From the NCBI GenBank assembly GCA_963843575.1, contig CAWJKZ010000010.1:160001-224000 (forward strand): 64,000 nucleotides of DNA, given 5' to 3'. A program made the position numbers and the translations under genes. Shown piece by piece: positions 10,485 to 20,852 of this stretch. The notes under the pieces were generated by a model. It was given only the letters and a program-made list of their open reading frames with translations. It was not told where the DNA came from and searched no databases. Position 1 is the stretch's first letter; each line of letters starts with the position of its first letter. This DNA is from an uncultured Acidobacteriota bacterium (GTDB taxonomy: Bacteria; Acidobacteriota; UBA6911).

Positions 10485-11138
10485 ATGGTCAGATCGGCGG
10501 GGGCTTTGAGTTTGTGCGTGTGCACGTTGGCGATCGCGGCCTGGGGTGCCTGCGCGACGCCACAACAGAACACGACGGGCATGGCGGAAACCGACGCCCG
10601 GGTGCGCCGGTTTCTCGACGAACACAGGGGCATGTGGCGCGACCTGAACATCCCGACGGCGGACGGGCAGACGATGTTCGACATCATCACAAAGCACAGT
10701 TACAGGTCCGCTCTCGAAATAGGAACTTCGACGGGGCATTCGGGTATCTGGATCGCCTGGGCGCTGTCCAAGACGGGCGGGAAGCTGATCACTGTCGAAA
10801 TAGACAATCAACGGCACCAGGAGGCGCTCGGGCATTTCCAGGAAGTCGGGCTTGCCCGATATATTGACGCACGCCTGGGGGACGCACACGAGATCGTGCC
10901 GAAACTCGAGGGACCCTTCGATTTTGTCTTCAGCGACGCCGACAAGGACTGGTACGTGCAGTACCTGCAGGCCGTCCTGCCCAAGCTGACGCGCGGCGGC
11001 TGCTTCGTGGCGCACAACGTTTCGGAACGGGGCTACGGTTACAGCCGGGAGTTTCTGCAGTACCTGCGCGGCCTGTCCCAGCTCGAAACCACCCTCGATA
11101 CGCGAGGGGCGGGCATGTCGGTGAGCTATAGACGGTAG
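10485..11138 (+). CDS. SAM-dependent O-methyltransferase (YrrM/CCoAOMT-like) with predicted lipoprotein signal
   Basis: LEIGTSTGHS, FDFVFSDADK, GGCFVAHN; N-terminal hydrophobic stretch ending in WGAC. Confidence 0.85.
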   Translation: MVRSAGALSLCVCTLAIAAWGACATPQQNTTGMAETDARVRRFLDEHRGMWRDLNIPTADGQTMFDIITKHSYRSALEIGTSTGHSGIWIAWALSKTGGKLITVEIDNQRHQEALGHFQEVGLARYIDARLGDAHEIVPKLEGPFDFVFSDADKDWYVQYLQAVLPKLTRGGCFVAHNVSERGYGYSREFLQYLRGLSQLETTLDTRGAGMSVSYRR

Positions 11139-11165
11139 GCTGCCCGGGCGGGGCGGCGGCGCGTC

Positions 11166-14100
11166 TCAATGCGCCCTACAGCTTTGCGCTCCCGGCGAGG
11201 AGGCCTCACGGAAGAGTGCGGCAAAGAGCTGCTGGAGCAGCGACGGCCGCTGTCCGAGCAGATCGAAAAGTTCCTCGCGACCGATCCTGAGAGCAGTCCC
11301 TTTCCTGGTAACCCGCGCGCGGCGCCCCAGCGGGATGCCGGCGAGGGTTTCGCACACGGCGATGGCGTCGTTCGGTCCAGCCGTCAAGGGCGGTTCGCCC
11401 AGCGGCGATTCGAGCGAGACTTCCCCGGACAGCAGGACGTAGAGCGCCGGCTCGTCGGCCTCACCGAAGAGTAACGCGCCCGGCGCGAGACACTCCTCTT
11501 CGGCAATGGTGGCGAGGCTGATCATCTCTCCGGCGCTGATCGAGACAAATAACGGCACCGATTCCAGCGCCACCACCTTGTCGATCGGCTTCAAGCTGCC
11601 GTTTTCGGCTGCGGCGCACGCGGGGGTCCCCCTCCCTCTGAACACCGCGCGGCCCGGGTGAGACGCCTCCGTCCCGCACAGCATTGCGAACAGGCCCGCG
11701 ACCAGTTCGGTGTTGTCGGCCAGCATCGTCCTGTACTGGTCGCTTTCCAGGGCAAGGCAGATGGCAGGTTCGAGCGTCGAGATCGTCTCACGCATCGGCC
11801 TCGCCTCCAACACCTCCTGAAAAGCGAGCGCGGCAGGAGAACCGGTTTCGCGGCCGACTCCCACAGACGGCGTCGAGACAACCCGGCCGTCGAGCAGGAA
11901 TTGCAGGTGATCCGGCAGCGAAGACTCCCGGTAGAGCACCTTCCCCCGTTCGTAGCATGTCTGGCGGCCGGCGGCCGCGATCCGGAACAACTCGTCCACC
12001 GTCACGAACGCAAACAGCGGCAGACCGCGCAGACGTTGGGCCAGTTCGACGACCGGCAGGATCTCGTTCCCGGGTCTCCTCCGAGCCTCGGCCGCATTGC
12101 GGGCGTGTGCCAGGGTCCAGGACACGGCCTCGGCGACCGCGGGGTCCCGGTCGGGTCTGACGGCAGGAAGCCGCTCGAGTTCCCGCAGCATGAGCGTGCG
12201 ACGCCGTTGTTTCACGAAGTACACCGCGGCGGCGGCGATGATCGGGTCGGTGTCGTTGAGCAGCCGGATGAGCGCATGGTCCGATCCGAGGGGGGCTTTC
12301 CCCACGATTTGCGACCTGTGGTTCAGCGCCGGGTCGGGCGTCGGCTCCTCCAGGACGGGCAACAGCCGGCGCCTCATCTCCCCCTTCAGGACGTTGTCGA
12401 GGTACTCCAGGGCGCTGGCGCGGCCCCGGACGCTGTCGTGCTCGATCGACCAGCGTACCGCGGCGATATCCTTCCATGGATAGATCAACCCGAGCAGCCG
12501 GTAGACCCGGTCCATGGCGCGCCCCATCTTTTCAGACAGGGCACGAGCCAGCAGACTGTCGTCGGGCCCCTCGGAGGAGAACAGGGCAGCGTACAACTCC
12601 AGGTAACGCACGTAACAGCCGGCTTCCTTGTAAGTGAGGGCCTCGACCGGCTCCTGGGGGAAGATCAGCTCGTGGCGGGTGCGCCGCAGCTTCTCCAGGG
12701 CGGCGATAACCTTGAAGCGCAGGAAGCTGTCCTGTTCCTGGAGCGCATCGATCAGGATGTCCACCGACTTCTGGCAGGGGATCAACGCGATCGTCGCGGG
12801 AATGTGCCTCCTTATCCAGACATCTTCGTCCGGATCGTGCAGGAAGTGGCCGAGGATGCCGAGCACGGCCTGGCCGTTGCCGACCAGCGCTTCGCGTGCG
12901 TTCCCTTTCAACCGGCGGTCGCGCAGCAGCGAAATCAAGGTCGGGACGAAGATGAAGTCGGTCAAGCCCAGGTGCCGGACACTGCGCATCGCCTCTTCGG
13001 CGACGTCGCCGTCCGTGTCGTGCAGCAACGGGATCAACAGTCGCCGGAAATGGGGTTGAGGCATGTGCCGGATGGCCATGGCAAAATCGCATCGCACCTC
13101 CGTTCCCGCCTCGCTGGTGTCCGAGACGAGGCCGGTCAGGACCCTTTCCGACGCCGCCGCGTCCTCCTCGCTCGGGCCCGCGCTCAGGATCATGGCGGCC
13201 ATCAGGGCAATCCGGGGATCGCTGTCCTGCAGGTGCGGGCGGAGCAGCTCGTAGACCCTTTCGTCGCGGACGCCAGCCAGGGCCCCTATGGCTGCGGCGC
13301 GCACCTCGCGTTGGTCGTCGCGCGTCAACCGCTGCACGGCGGGAAGCCAGCGCAGCATGCCGTCGGGCGGCGCGGCGGCGAGCAGGTTCAGTGCGCGCAC
13401 CCGCACGGCCGCCGCTTCGTGGTACAGCAGAAGCGGCGTGATCAGGTGTCGCTTGTCGAGCGACTCGAGGATGTCGATCGCATAAATGACGCGACGCTCA
13501 TCGGGGCTGGCCAGCTCCTGGATCAGGGTCTCCACCGTGGACAGGTCGGCGATGGTCAGACGGATTTCCGCGGGCTTCATTTCCCGGGTCTCGATGCTGT
13601 GCCTGAAGGCTGACATATAGCCGTGCCGCGCCCGCACCGCCATGAACAGCCAGAGCGCGGTCATCACGATGCTGGCATAGCTGATCTGCTGCCAGTTGAG
13701 CCCCAGGCCCCACGGCTTGATCAGGACCAGGAGCAGGACTGCACCCAACCCCTTCGCGAACCGGTCCACCGTGACGTCGACGAACGGCTTGGCTTCGAAC
13801 TTGAGACTGGAGGGGAGAGGCATGTAGAGGATTTCACGGGTCGTCTTATCCACCGTGTACCGCAGCGACTGATCCAGCACGCGGGCCAGACCCGGCGCCC
13901 ATAGGGCCGCGTTGAACAGCATCACCACGGCCGTCGCCCCGAGGCTGATCGGCAAAAGCATCAGAGCGAACCCGATCCCCAGAAACCTGTGGATCCTGCT
14001 TGTCAGCACCACCTGGATGAGGAATCCGATCGCCGACGTCCAGAGCTGCACTCTGGCCAGAAACCCGGTGATGGCGTTGGTGGCCTCCTCCCCGTGCGAC

Positions 14101-14883
14101 GAGGCCGCCGCCATGTTCAGCTGCTGTTCGATGATGGCGGCGCCGATCGCGGCGAAACTGATCACCAGCGCGATGGTCTGCAGGTGTTTCGATTCCCGTG
14201 AGCAGCTGGAAAGCCCTTCTGGGTCCGATGCCACGCTCCTCCTGTGCAGCCGAGCGCAACGCCTCCTCGCTGAGCGGCTCCCTGCGGATCACCAGCGCCA
14301 CCACGGCGACGCACAGGAGCATCATGCCGCTGCTGACCAGCAGCAGGTTTACCGTCCCCAGGCTGTACGCGTACCGGTCGGTGATGAAGGAACCGACGAT
14401 GCCGCCCAGCGACGACCCTCCCCCGACGAAACCGAAGAGCCGTTTGGCCTGCCTCGGGTCGTAAACAAGGTTGGCCATGGTCCAGAACTGGCTGATCAGC
14501 AGGATGCCGAGGATCAGGCCGAACAGATAAAAGGCGACCGAGACCCACCACGCATCCGTCCGGAACAGGAACCAGAAACCTAGCACCAGGCCTGCGGTCC
14601 CCGCCTGGCTGATGGGAATCGCCCACCGGTGCGGCAGCCGCCCGAGCAGCCACGTGTACCCGGTCATGAGCAGGCCGATCAGCAGGCCCGCCGCCAGCTG
14701 CACGTAGGGAAGGTTGTCCGCACCCAGTTCCGAAATGAATTTGGACCGGGTGACCGGCTTGATCACGTTGTAGCTCGCCATCGCCAGGAGCGAATAGCAG
14801 AACATCAGGAGGGCGGTCACTGTCTCGTGGTCGCGCACCTGGGCGACGGTCCCCAGTAAGGATTTGAATCGAGGTCGGATCAT
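11166..14883 (-). CDS. NTT/TLC (Npt1/Npt2-like) transporter fused to HEAT repeats and two cNMP-binding domains; frameshift near 14196
   Basis: Transporter motifs YNVIKPVTRS, SQFWTMANLVYDPRQAKRLFG, LRYTVDKTTREILYMP and AKPFVD, followed by HEAT-like repeats and two CNB-like domains (LPLFAFV, VPLFVSI). Removing one base joins ORFs 13846..15108 and 11166..14234. Confidence 0.82.
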
Positions 14884-15156
14884 AGCCACCCGGAAGAAAT
14901 CGGGACCGATTCTAACCCAGCCGGGAACCGCGACGTTAGGCCTATCCGCGGCGGCCAGAACAAGAGACTCCGCGCTGAAGCCCGGAACCACCTGACGGCA
15001 GAGTTGACCCGGTTTTCGACTCAACCGCGGGCCGCTCAGGGGCGTCAGGAATTTGCATTGTCGCAAGCGTTGCCGAGAGGTAAGATTTCGGCTAAGTTTT
15101 TTGTCCAAGCCTGAAGTACTTCAATCGACGCGGGGCACAGAGAGGAGTGCAGGTTC

Positions 15157-16077
15157 ATGAAAATCCTGGTCACCGGGGGTGCGGGGTTCATCGGTTCGCA
15201 CGTGGTCGAGGCGTTCCTGTCCGCGGGCAACGAGGTTTGCGTGGTAGACGACCTATCGACCGGATCTCGCAGCAATCTCCCCGCCGGGGTCAAGCTGCAC
15301 GAAGTGGATATCCGTGAACCCAAGCTCAACGCGGTCTTCGAGCAGGAGAGGCCGGAGGCGGTGAGCCACCAGGCCGCCCGCGCCAACGTGCGGGAGTCTT
15401 TTGAAAAGCCCTTGCTCTATGCCGACGTAAACGTCGTCGGATCGGTCAACGTGCTCGAGTGTTGCCGCCGGAACGCTGTCCGCAAGGTGATATACGCGTC
15501 GACCGGGGGGGCAGTCTATGGCGAGCCCCAGTTTCTGCCGGTTACCGAAGACCACCCCGTTAACCCGCTCGATCCGTACGGGGCCAGCAAGCACCACGTC
15601 GAGCACTATCTGAAGCTCTACCAGGCCAACTTCGGCATGACGTTTACCGTGCTGCGTTACCCGAACGTGTACGGTCCACGTCAGGACCCGCACGGCGAGG
15701 CCGGGGTGGTCTCCATCTTTACCGGACAGATGCTGACCGGCGGTCGACCCGTAATCAACGGCGACGGTGAGCAGCAGCGTGATTTCGTGTTCGTGTCAGA
15801 CATTGCGCAGGCCAACTTGCTCGCCCTCGAACGTGGCGACGGGGACATTCTCAACATCGGGAGCGGGATCGGCACTTCCGTCAACGTCGTCTTCGACGTC
15901 CTGGCCAGGCTGACCGGCTTCAGCGGGGGGCGGGTGCACGGACCGGCAAAGAAGGGCGAGGTCAGCCGGATCTTCCTGAACGCCCGCGCGGCCTCGAAGT
16001 CGCTGGGCTGGACGCCGCGCACGTCCCTGGAGGAGGGTCTCGCGTCCACGGTCGACTATTTCCGCGGCCGCATGTAG
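15157..16077 (+). CDS. NAD-dependent epimerase/dehydratase (UDP-glucose 4-epimerase-like)
   Basis: GGAGFIG, STGGAVYG, YGASK, RYPNVYGPRQ. Confidence 0.9.
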   Translation: MKILVTGGAGFIGSHVVEAFLSAGNEVCVVDDLSTGSRSNLPAGVKLHEVDIREPKLNAVFEQERPEAVSHQAARANVRESFEKPLLYADVNVVGSVNVLECCRRNAVRKVIYASTGGAVYGEPQFLPVTEDHPVNPLDPYGASKHHVEHYLKLYQANFGMTFTVLRYPNVYGPRQDPHGEAGVVSIFTGQMLTGGRPVINGDGEQQRDFVFVSDIAQANLLALERGDGDILNIGSGIGTSVNVVFDVLARLTGFSGGRVHGPAKKGEVSRIFLNARAASKSLGWTPRTSLEEGLASTVDYFRGRM

Positions 16078-16098
16078 GGTCGTCCGGGGACCGATCGC

Positions 16099-16875
16099 TC
16101 AGGGCCCCGTGAGGGCGCGACGCACCGCGTCCGCCAGCCCGGGGGCGCACGCCACGATGCCCGTGAGGAGTGGAGCTCGACAGTTGAACTTCGGCGCGCG
16201 CCAGTCGAGGGTGCGGACGGTGCCGCCGGCCGCCTGCACAAGGGCCGTCCCGGCCGCGACATCCCATTCGTGTTTCCCGGCGAGGGTCCAGGTCGCGTCC
16301 CCAAGCCCCGCAGCCACCAGGCCCATCTTGTAGGCAACCGAGCCCACGGCTCTTATCCTCAGCCCAGCCTTTTCAAACCGCGTCCACTCCCCGCGCGCGT
16401 ACTCGCTGCGGCTCGCCAGGACCGTCGCGTCCCGCAGGTTGTCCGCCGATGAGGCCGCGACGGCCCGGCCGTTCAGCGATAGTCCGGAACCGACGGCGCC
16501 CACGATCATCTCGTGCGTCACGGGATTGTACACGCCGCCGGCGACGGCAGCGCCATCCTCCGCCAGGCCGATCGAGACGCACCACTCCGGCACCCGCGCA
16601 ATAAACTCATTCGTGCCATCCAACGGGTCCACTATCCACACCCGGCGCATCCGGAGGCGATCGTCCGAGAGCTCGTGTTCCTCAGAGAGCCAGCCTTCCC
16701 CGCGCCGCAGCAACCGGGCGCGCAACATGCGGTCGACGGCGATGTCCGCGTCGGTCACGGGGCTCCCGCCGGACTTGTACCGGACCTCGACTTCCCGCGA
16801 GGCGAACCGACGCAGCATCTCGCCCGCCTCGTGGAGGGCGTCCGTGATCAGGCTCAAGTCGTCCTGTCGCTGCAT
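16099..16875 (-). CDS. Inositol monophosphatase / CysQ-like phosphatase
   Basis: PVTDAD, LSEE, WIVDPLDGT, EWDVAAG. Confidence 0.88.
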   Translation of the reverse strand: MQRQDDLSLITDALHEAGEMLRRFASREVEVRYKSGGSPVTDADIAVDRMLRARLLRRGEGWLSEEHELSDDRLRMRRVWIVDPLDGTNEFIARVPEWCVSIGLAEDGAAVAGGVYNPVTHEMIVGAVGSGLSLNGRAVAASSADNLRDATVLASRSEYARGEWTRFEKAGLRIRAVGSVAYKMGLVAAGLGDATWTLAGKHEWDVAAGTALVQAAGGTVRTLDWRAPKFNCRAPLLTGIVACAPGLADAVRRALTGP

Positions 16876-16947
16876 GGAATGAATGCGACCGCGCCGGCAG
16901 TGAGCCGGGGCCGTGGGGGGGACGGCCGGCCAGCCCCCCCCGCTTCT

Positions 16948-17508
16948 TCATTCGACGGCTCCGTCCATAAATGCGTACACCATGATGTGGGTCATGACGA
17001 AGAAACAGTCCTCGAGGCGTCCCATGTGGGTGTTCGGGACCCCGAGGGTCAGTGCGGCCATATCCTTCAGCCTGCCCCCTCCGGCCTGAGTCAACCCGAT
17101 CGTCCGGCACCCGGCCTGGTTGGCGTAGTCGACCGCGTGAAGCACGTTCTTGCTGTTGCCGCTCCCGCTGATGGCGATCAGTACGTCCCCCGGAGCGGCA
17201 AAGTTCCTGAGCTGCTCGACGAAGACGCATTCGTAGTCCACGTCGTTTGCATACGCCGTAATGGTCGCCACCGTGTCGGTAAAACTGATCACTTTGAAAC
17301 GGGTCGGGTGGCCGTAGGAAGCGCCCTTCAGCATGTCGACGACCATCTGCGAGCATATCGAAGCGCTCCCGCCGTTGCCGCAGAGATAGACGCTCTTGCC
17401 CGCGTCCCGCGCCGCGCGCAACCACTCGATCGCCGTCCCGACCGAGGCCGGGTCGAGCCCATCGATGGTTCTCTTCAGGTCAGCCAGGTAATCCGAAACA
17501 AATCTCAT
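16948..17508 (-). CDS. gmhA: SIS-domain phosphoheptose isomerase (GmhA-like)
   Basis: CGNGGS, ITAYAND, ISGSGNSKNV, RLED. Confidence 0.75.
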   Translation of the reverse strand: MRFVSDYLADLKRTIDGLDPASVGTAIEWLRAARDAGKSVYLCGNGGSASICSQMVVDMLKGASYGHPTRFKVISFTDTVATITAYANDVDYECVFVEQLRNFAAPGDVLIAISGSGNSKNVLHAVDYANQAGCRTIGLTQAGGGRLKDMAALTLGVPNTHMGRLEDCFFVMTHIMVYAFMDGAVE

Positions 17509-17568
17509 GCCCGTTCTCCAGAGTGTGAGCATCAGTACTTAGTACAATACGCTAATGTTTCCAGGACG

Positions 17569-17797
17569 CGGATTTACGCGGATTGCTACCTGGTGGCAGG
17601 CCGCGCCCGGCATTCCTCCCCGAGGGCTGCCTTTGGCACGCATCAAAACCCGGCTCCCACAGGAAAACGTGGACCTTGAATCGAAGCGGCATCCTTCCAA
17701 CCGCGCGCTTTCCTGCGGGAGCCGGGCTTTGATGCATCGGCGCGAAGCGCCGGCCCTCGGGGAGGAATGCCGGGCGCGGCCGATCCGCGTGAATCCG
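17569..17797. repeat. Long intergenic inverted repeat (~230-nt hairpin)
   Basis: Perfect 29-bp arms at 17599-17627 and 17753-17781; 27-bp inner arms at 17640-17666 and 17709-17735 with 2 mismatches; outer arms CGGATTTACGCGGAT and ATCCGCGTGAATCCG. Confidence 0.9.
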
Positions 17798-18088
17798 TAA
17801 AACCCGGGAAGATCCGCGTTCTGCTGTTGTCAATCGGTGATCAGCTCCATCCCAAGAATACGTCAGCGTACTTGCGAAATGTTCGGCCGTAAATAGACTA
17901 CAGCGCCGCAAGTCGGGGTTTCAGTATTTTCCTCGCCGCCTCGCCGAAGGGCCGAGGATAGTCGCGGCTCCCCTGCGCCGCCTTTCAGGGCTTGGACAAG
18001 CAGCCCCCGATGACGCACGCGCCGGGTCTTCTTGCCCGAGAGGGCCGCGAGTGCAAACGAAACCGGAAAACGCGGTGGCTCTCCGGTG

Positions 18089-19357
18089 TCACGACCGCAC
18101 ATGCGAAGGGTGCACGAACCGGAACTCGCTCGACGCGGCCAACCGCTCGTAGGAACCGAAACTCCGATCGGGATCCTCGATGGAATCGAGCGGATCGGGA
18201 CAGTCGTCGCCGGGCAGGTACACCCTGAGGGTGGCGTAGAGGGTGTTCCGTTGCGCCGGGGTGCGGCCGAGGTCGCGGATGCAGCGGCGCAGCTCGGCGG
18301 GCGGGAGCATTTGGCCGAATTGAGCCCCGGCCGTGGTCGAGATGCTCTCGTTCATGAGGGTGCCGCCGAAGTCGTTGGCACCGGCGGTCAGCATCAGCTG
18401 CGCGAGTTTCGGCCCTTCCTTGACCCAGGAAGCCTGGATGTTGCGAATCGTGCGGCCCAGCATGAGGCGCGCGATCGCGTGCATGCGCAGCACGTCGGCC
18501 CCCGAGGCGCCGCGACGCACCCCGGGCAGGAGACGCCTCCTGTACATGGGCGCCTCCTGGTGCACGAACGACAGTGGCACGAATTCCGTGAACCCGCGCG
18601 TCTCGCGCTGAATCGAGCGAAGCAGGTCCAGGTGCCGGACCCAATGGCCGGGCGATTCGATGTGGCCGTACATTATGGTCGCCGTGGTCGAGATCCCCAG
18701 GGCGTGGGCCGCGGTAACGACCTCAACCCACTGCTTCACCGAAATGCGTCCCGGCGCGATCCGGTCACGTATGTCCTGGTCTAGAATCTCCGCCGACGTC
18801 CCCGGGAGGGTTCCCAGGCCCGCCGCCTTGAGTTCGGCGAGGTAGGCCGAAACAGGGACCGCCGCGCGCACGGCACCGTAGAGCACCTCTTCAGGGGAGA
18901 AGGCGTGGATGTGAAGTTGAGGCACCGCGCGTTTGAGCGCCCGCGTCAGGTCGATGTAGAGCCGGCCGTCCATTTTGGGGGGCAGCCCCGCCTGCAGGCA
19001 TACCTCCGTCGCACCGAATTCCGCTGCTTCCCTTGCCCGGCGCACGATTTCGTCCACGGGGAGAAAATACCCCTGATCCTCCCGATGATCGCGGCTGAAG
19101 GCGCAGAAACCGCAGTGCTTGATGCAGACGTTGGTGAAATTGATGTTACGGTTGACCACGTACGTGACCAGATCGCCCGCCTCACGGCGCCGGAGCTCGT
19201 CGGCGACCAGGGCCAGCGCCTGCAGTCCGCTGCCGCCGGCCTCGCACAGCTGCAAGGCCTCCTGCCACGACAGTTCTCCTCCGTCGAGTGCGCGCCGCAG
19301 GAGAGCGGCGACGTCGCGGTCCAGATCGCGGGGAAGAGAGATGAGATCGTCACGCAT
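18089..19357 (-). CDS. cofH: FO synthase subunit CofH (radical SAM)
   Basis: VTYVVNRNINFTNVCIKHCGFCAF, PGTSAEIL, GFTEFVPL, NIQASWVK, GANDFGGTLMNESIS; directly downstream of cofG. Confidence 0.9.
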   Translation of the reverse strand: MRDDLISLPRDLDRDVAALLRRALDGGELSWQEALQLCEAGGSGLQALALVADELRRREAGDLVTYVVNRNINFTNVCIKHCGFCAFSRDHREDQGYFLPVDEIVRRAREAAEFGATEVCLQAGLPPKMDGRLYIDLTRALKRAVPQLHIHAFSPEEVLYGAVRAAVPVSAYLAELKAAGLGTLPGTSAEILDQDIRDRIAPGRISVKQWVEVVTAAHALGISTTATIMYGHIESPGHWVRHLDLLRSIQRETRGFTEFVPLSFVHQEAPMYRRRLLPGVRRGASGADVLRMHAIARLMLGRTIRNIQASWVKEGPKLAQLMLTAGANDFGGTLMNESISTTAGAQFGQMLPPAELRRCIRDLGRTPAQRNTLYATLRVYLPGDDCPDPLDSIEDPDRSFGSYERLAASSEFRFVHPSHVRS

Positions 19358-20522
19358 GTTGCACTGCTCCTGAAGCGTCCAGGGCCGCTTGCATTTCCCT
19401 GACCCGCGGCTGCAGCCCCGGGTCGAGGAAACCCGGGTACTCGGTGAACTCGGGGTAAACCGCCAAGCGTTCGCGCAGGGTAAAGCCCTCTTCCGCGCAC
19501 GTCGCGGCCAGGGCGCCGATCTGGGGCCAGGCCGCCTCGGGGTTGATGTAGTCGCGGGTCACCGGGGAGATTCCGCCCCAGTCGTTGATCCCCGCGCGCA
19601 GCAGCAGCCGGTAGGCGGCCGGACTCAGGTTCGGAGGAGCCTGGATGTTCGTGTCGCGCAGCAGAAGCCGCGCCACCGCCACCGTCCGGGCCATTTCGAG
19701 GTCGTCGGGTTCGGCAAAGCCAGCCATCCGGGTCCCGGGCTTGGCTCGGAAGTTCTGGACAATCACCTCCTGGATGTGGCCCAACGCGTCCCGGACGTCG
19801 CGTATCGCGATCAGGCTGTCCACGCGTTCGGCGCGGGTTTCGCCAATGCCGACCAGGATCCCGGTCGTGAACGGGATCCGCAGTTCTCCGGCTTCGCGCA
19901 GCATTCGGAGGCGCAGGGCCGGCTCCTTGTCGGGGGCCGAGAAGTGTGACCCTCCTTTCAGGCGCAGTCTCGGGCTGATGCTTTCGAGCATCAGCCCCAT
20001 GCTGGCGTTCACCGTCTTGAGACGCCTCATCTCCTGGAGATCGAGCACGCCGGCGTTGGTGTGCGGCAGAAGACCGTACTCGAGTGCGATCCCGCAGGCG
20101 ATCTGGAGATAGTCGACAGTGGTTTTGCAGCCGAACGAGGCGAGGGTCTCGCGGTAGCCAGCGTAGGCGCGCTCGGGCCTGTCGCCCAGGCACACCAGCG
20201 CTTCCTTGCACCCTTGCTGTGCCGCTGTCAGCGACCAGCCATGGATTTCCTCCGGCGTCATGGTCCAGGCGTCCGGATCGCCCGGGTCCTTCCTGAACGT
20301 GCAGTAGGAACAGCGGTCGGCACAGAGGTTGGTGACGGGCAGAAAGACCTTGCGCGAGTATGTGACGGTGCGGCCTTTCAGCCTGTCCCGGAGATGGCCT
20401 GCGGCCTGCAGCAGGCGCGGGAGTTCGTCGTCCCCGGATTCCGCGAGACGGTAGCCGTCCTCGACCGACAGGCGCCCGCCGGCGAGAGCGTTCTCGAGAA
20501 TCTCATCGATAGGAGCAGCCAT
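19350..20522 (-). CDS. cofG: FO synthase subunit CofG (radical SAM)
   Basis: VTYSRKVFLPVTNLCADRCSYCTF, LPHTNAG, SMGLMLE, FTTGILVGIGE, IQAPPNL, INDWGGISP. Confidence 0.92.
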   Translation of the reverse strand: MAAPIDEILENALAGGRLSVEDGYRLAESGDDELPRLLQAAGHLRDRLKGRTVTYSRKVFLPVTNLCADRCSYCTFRKDPGDPDAWTMTPEEIHGWSLTAAQQGCKEALVCLGDRPERAYAGYRETLASFGCKTTVDYLQIACGIALEYGLLPHTNAGVLDLQEMRRLKTVNASMGLMLESISPRLRLKGGSHFSAPDKEPALRLRMLREAGELRIPFTTGILVGIGETRAERVDSLIAIRDVRDALGHIQEVIVQNFRAKPGTRMAGFAEPDDLEMARTVAVARLLLRDTNIQAPPNLSPAAYRLLLRAGINDWGGISPVTRDYINPEAAWPQIGALAATCAEEGFTLRERLAVYPEFTEYPGFLDPGLQPRVREMQAALDASGAVQHA

Positions 20523-20526
20523 CGGA

Positions 20527-20542
20527 CCTCCGCTACATTATA
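20527..20542 (-). promoter_or_regulatory. Putative sigma70 -10 box and RBS of cofG
   Basis: Minus-strand TATAAT at 20537-20542 and GGAGG at 20527-20531, before the ATG at 20522. No clear -35 element. Confidence 0.5.
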
Positions 20543-20852
20543 GCGGACGGCCGTTGCACACTGCAGAGCGAAGGAGGGCCCTTTTGACGGCGTCTTCGAC
20601 GGCGCGGACCGACCTCGGACTTTCAGAGCGTTGTCGGGCAAATCCCGCACGTGATTGCTGCTGCATTTTGAATCGCATCCCCATCCTCCACCGGTGACAG
20701 GTTCCGGGGCCGTCCCGAGCCGCGTCGAGACGAGCGGCCGGCTCGCGCCGGACCACATAAGCGATTGACAAAGCGGAGCGGCTTGTGGCCGAATTTCGGT
20801 TATTTCTGTCGGAGGTGAGAACAGTCGTCCGGCGGAAAGAGGGGCATTCCGC

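Noticed and set aside
11658-13613. 651-aa plus-strand ORF (and similarly 38186..40444 on the minus strand)
   Set aside because: Shadow ORFs opposite well-supported genes; no motifs or RBS.
14890-15150. Possible c-di-GMP riboswitch in the divergent intergenic region
   Set aside because: GGCAA/GCAAA-like words are present, but the GAAA tetraloop and two-stem arrangement could not be built.
20765-20800. TTGACA -35 box upstream of the polyol operon
   Set aside because: No credible -10 element at 16-18 bp spacing.
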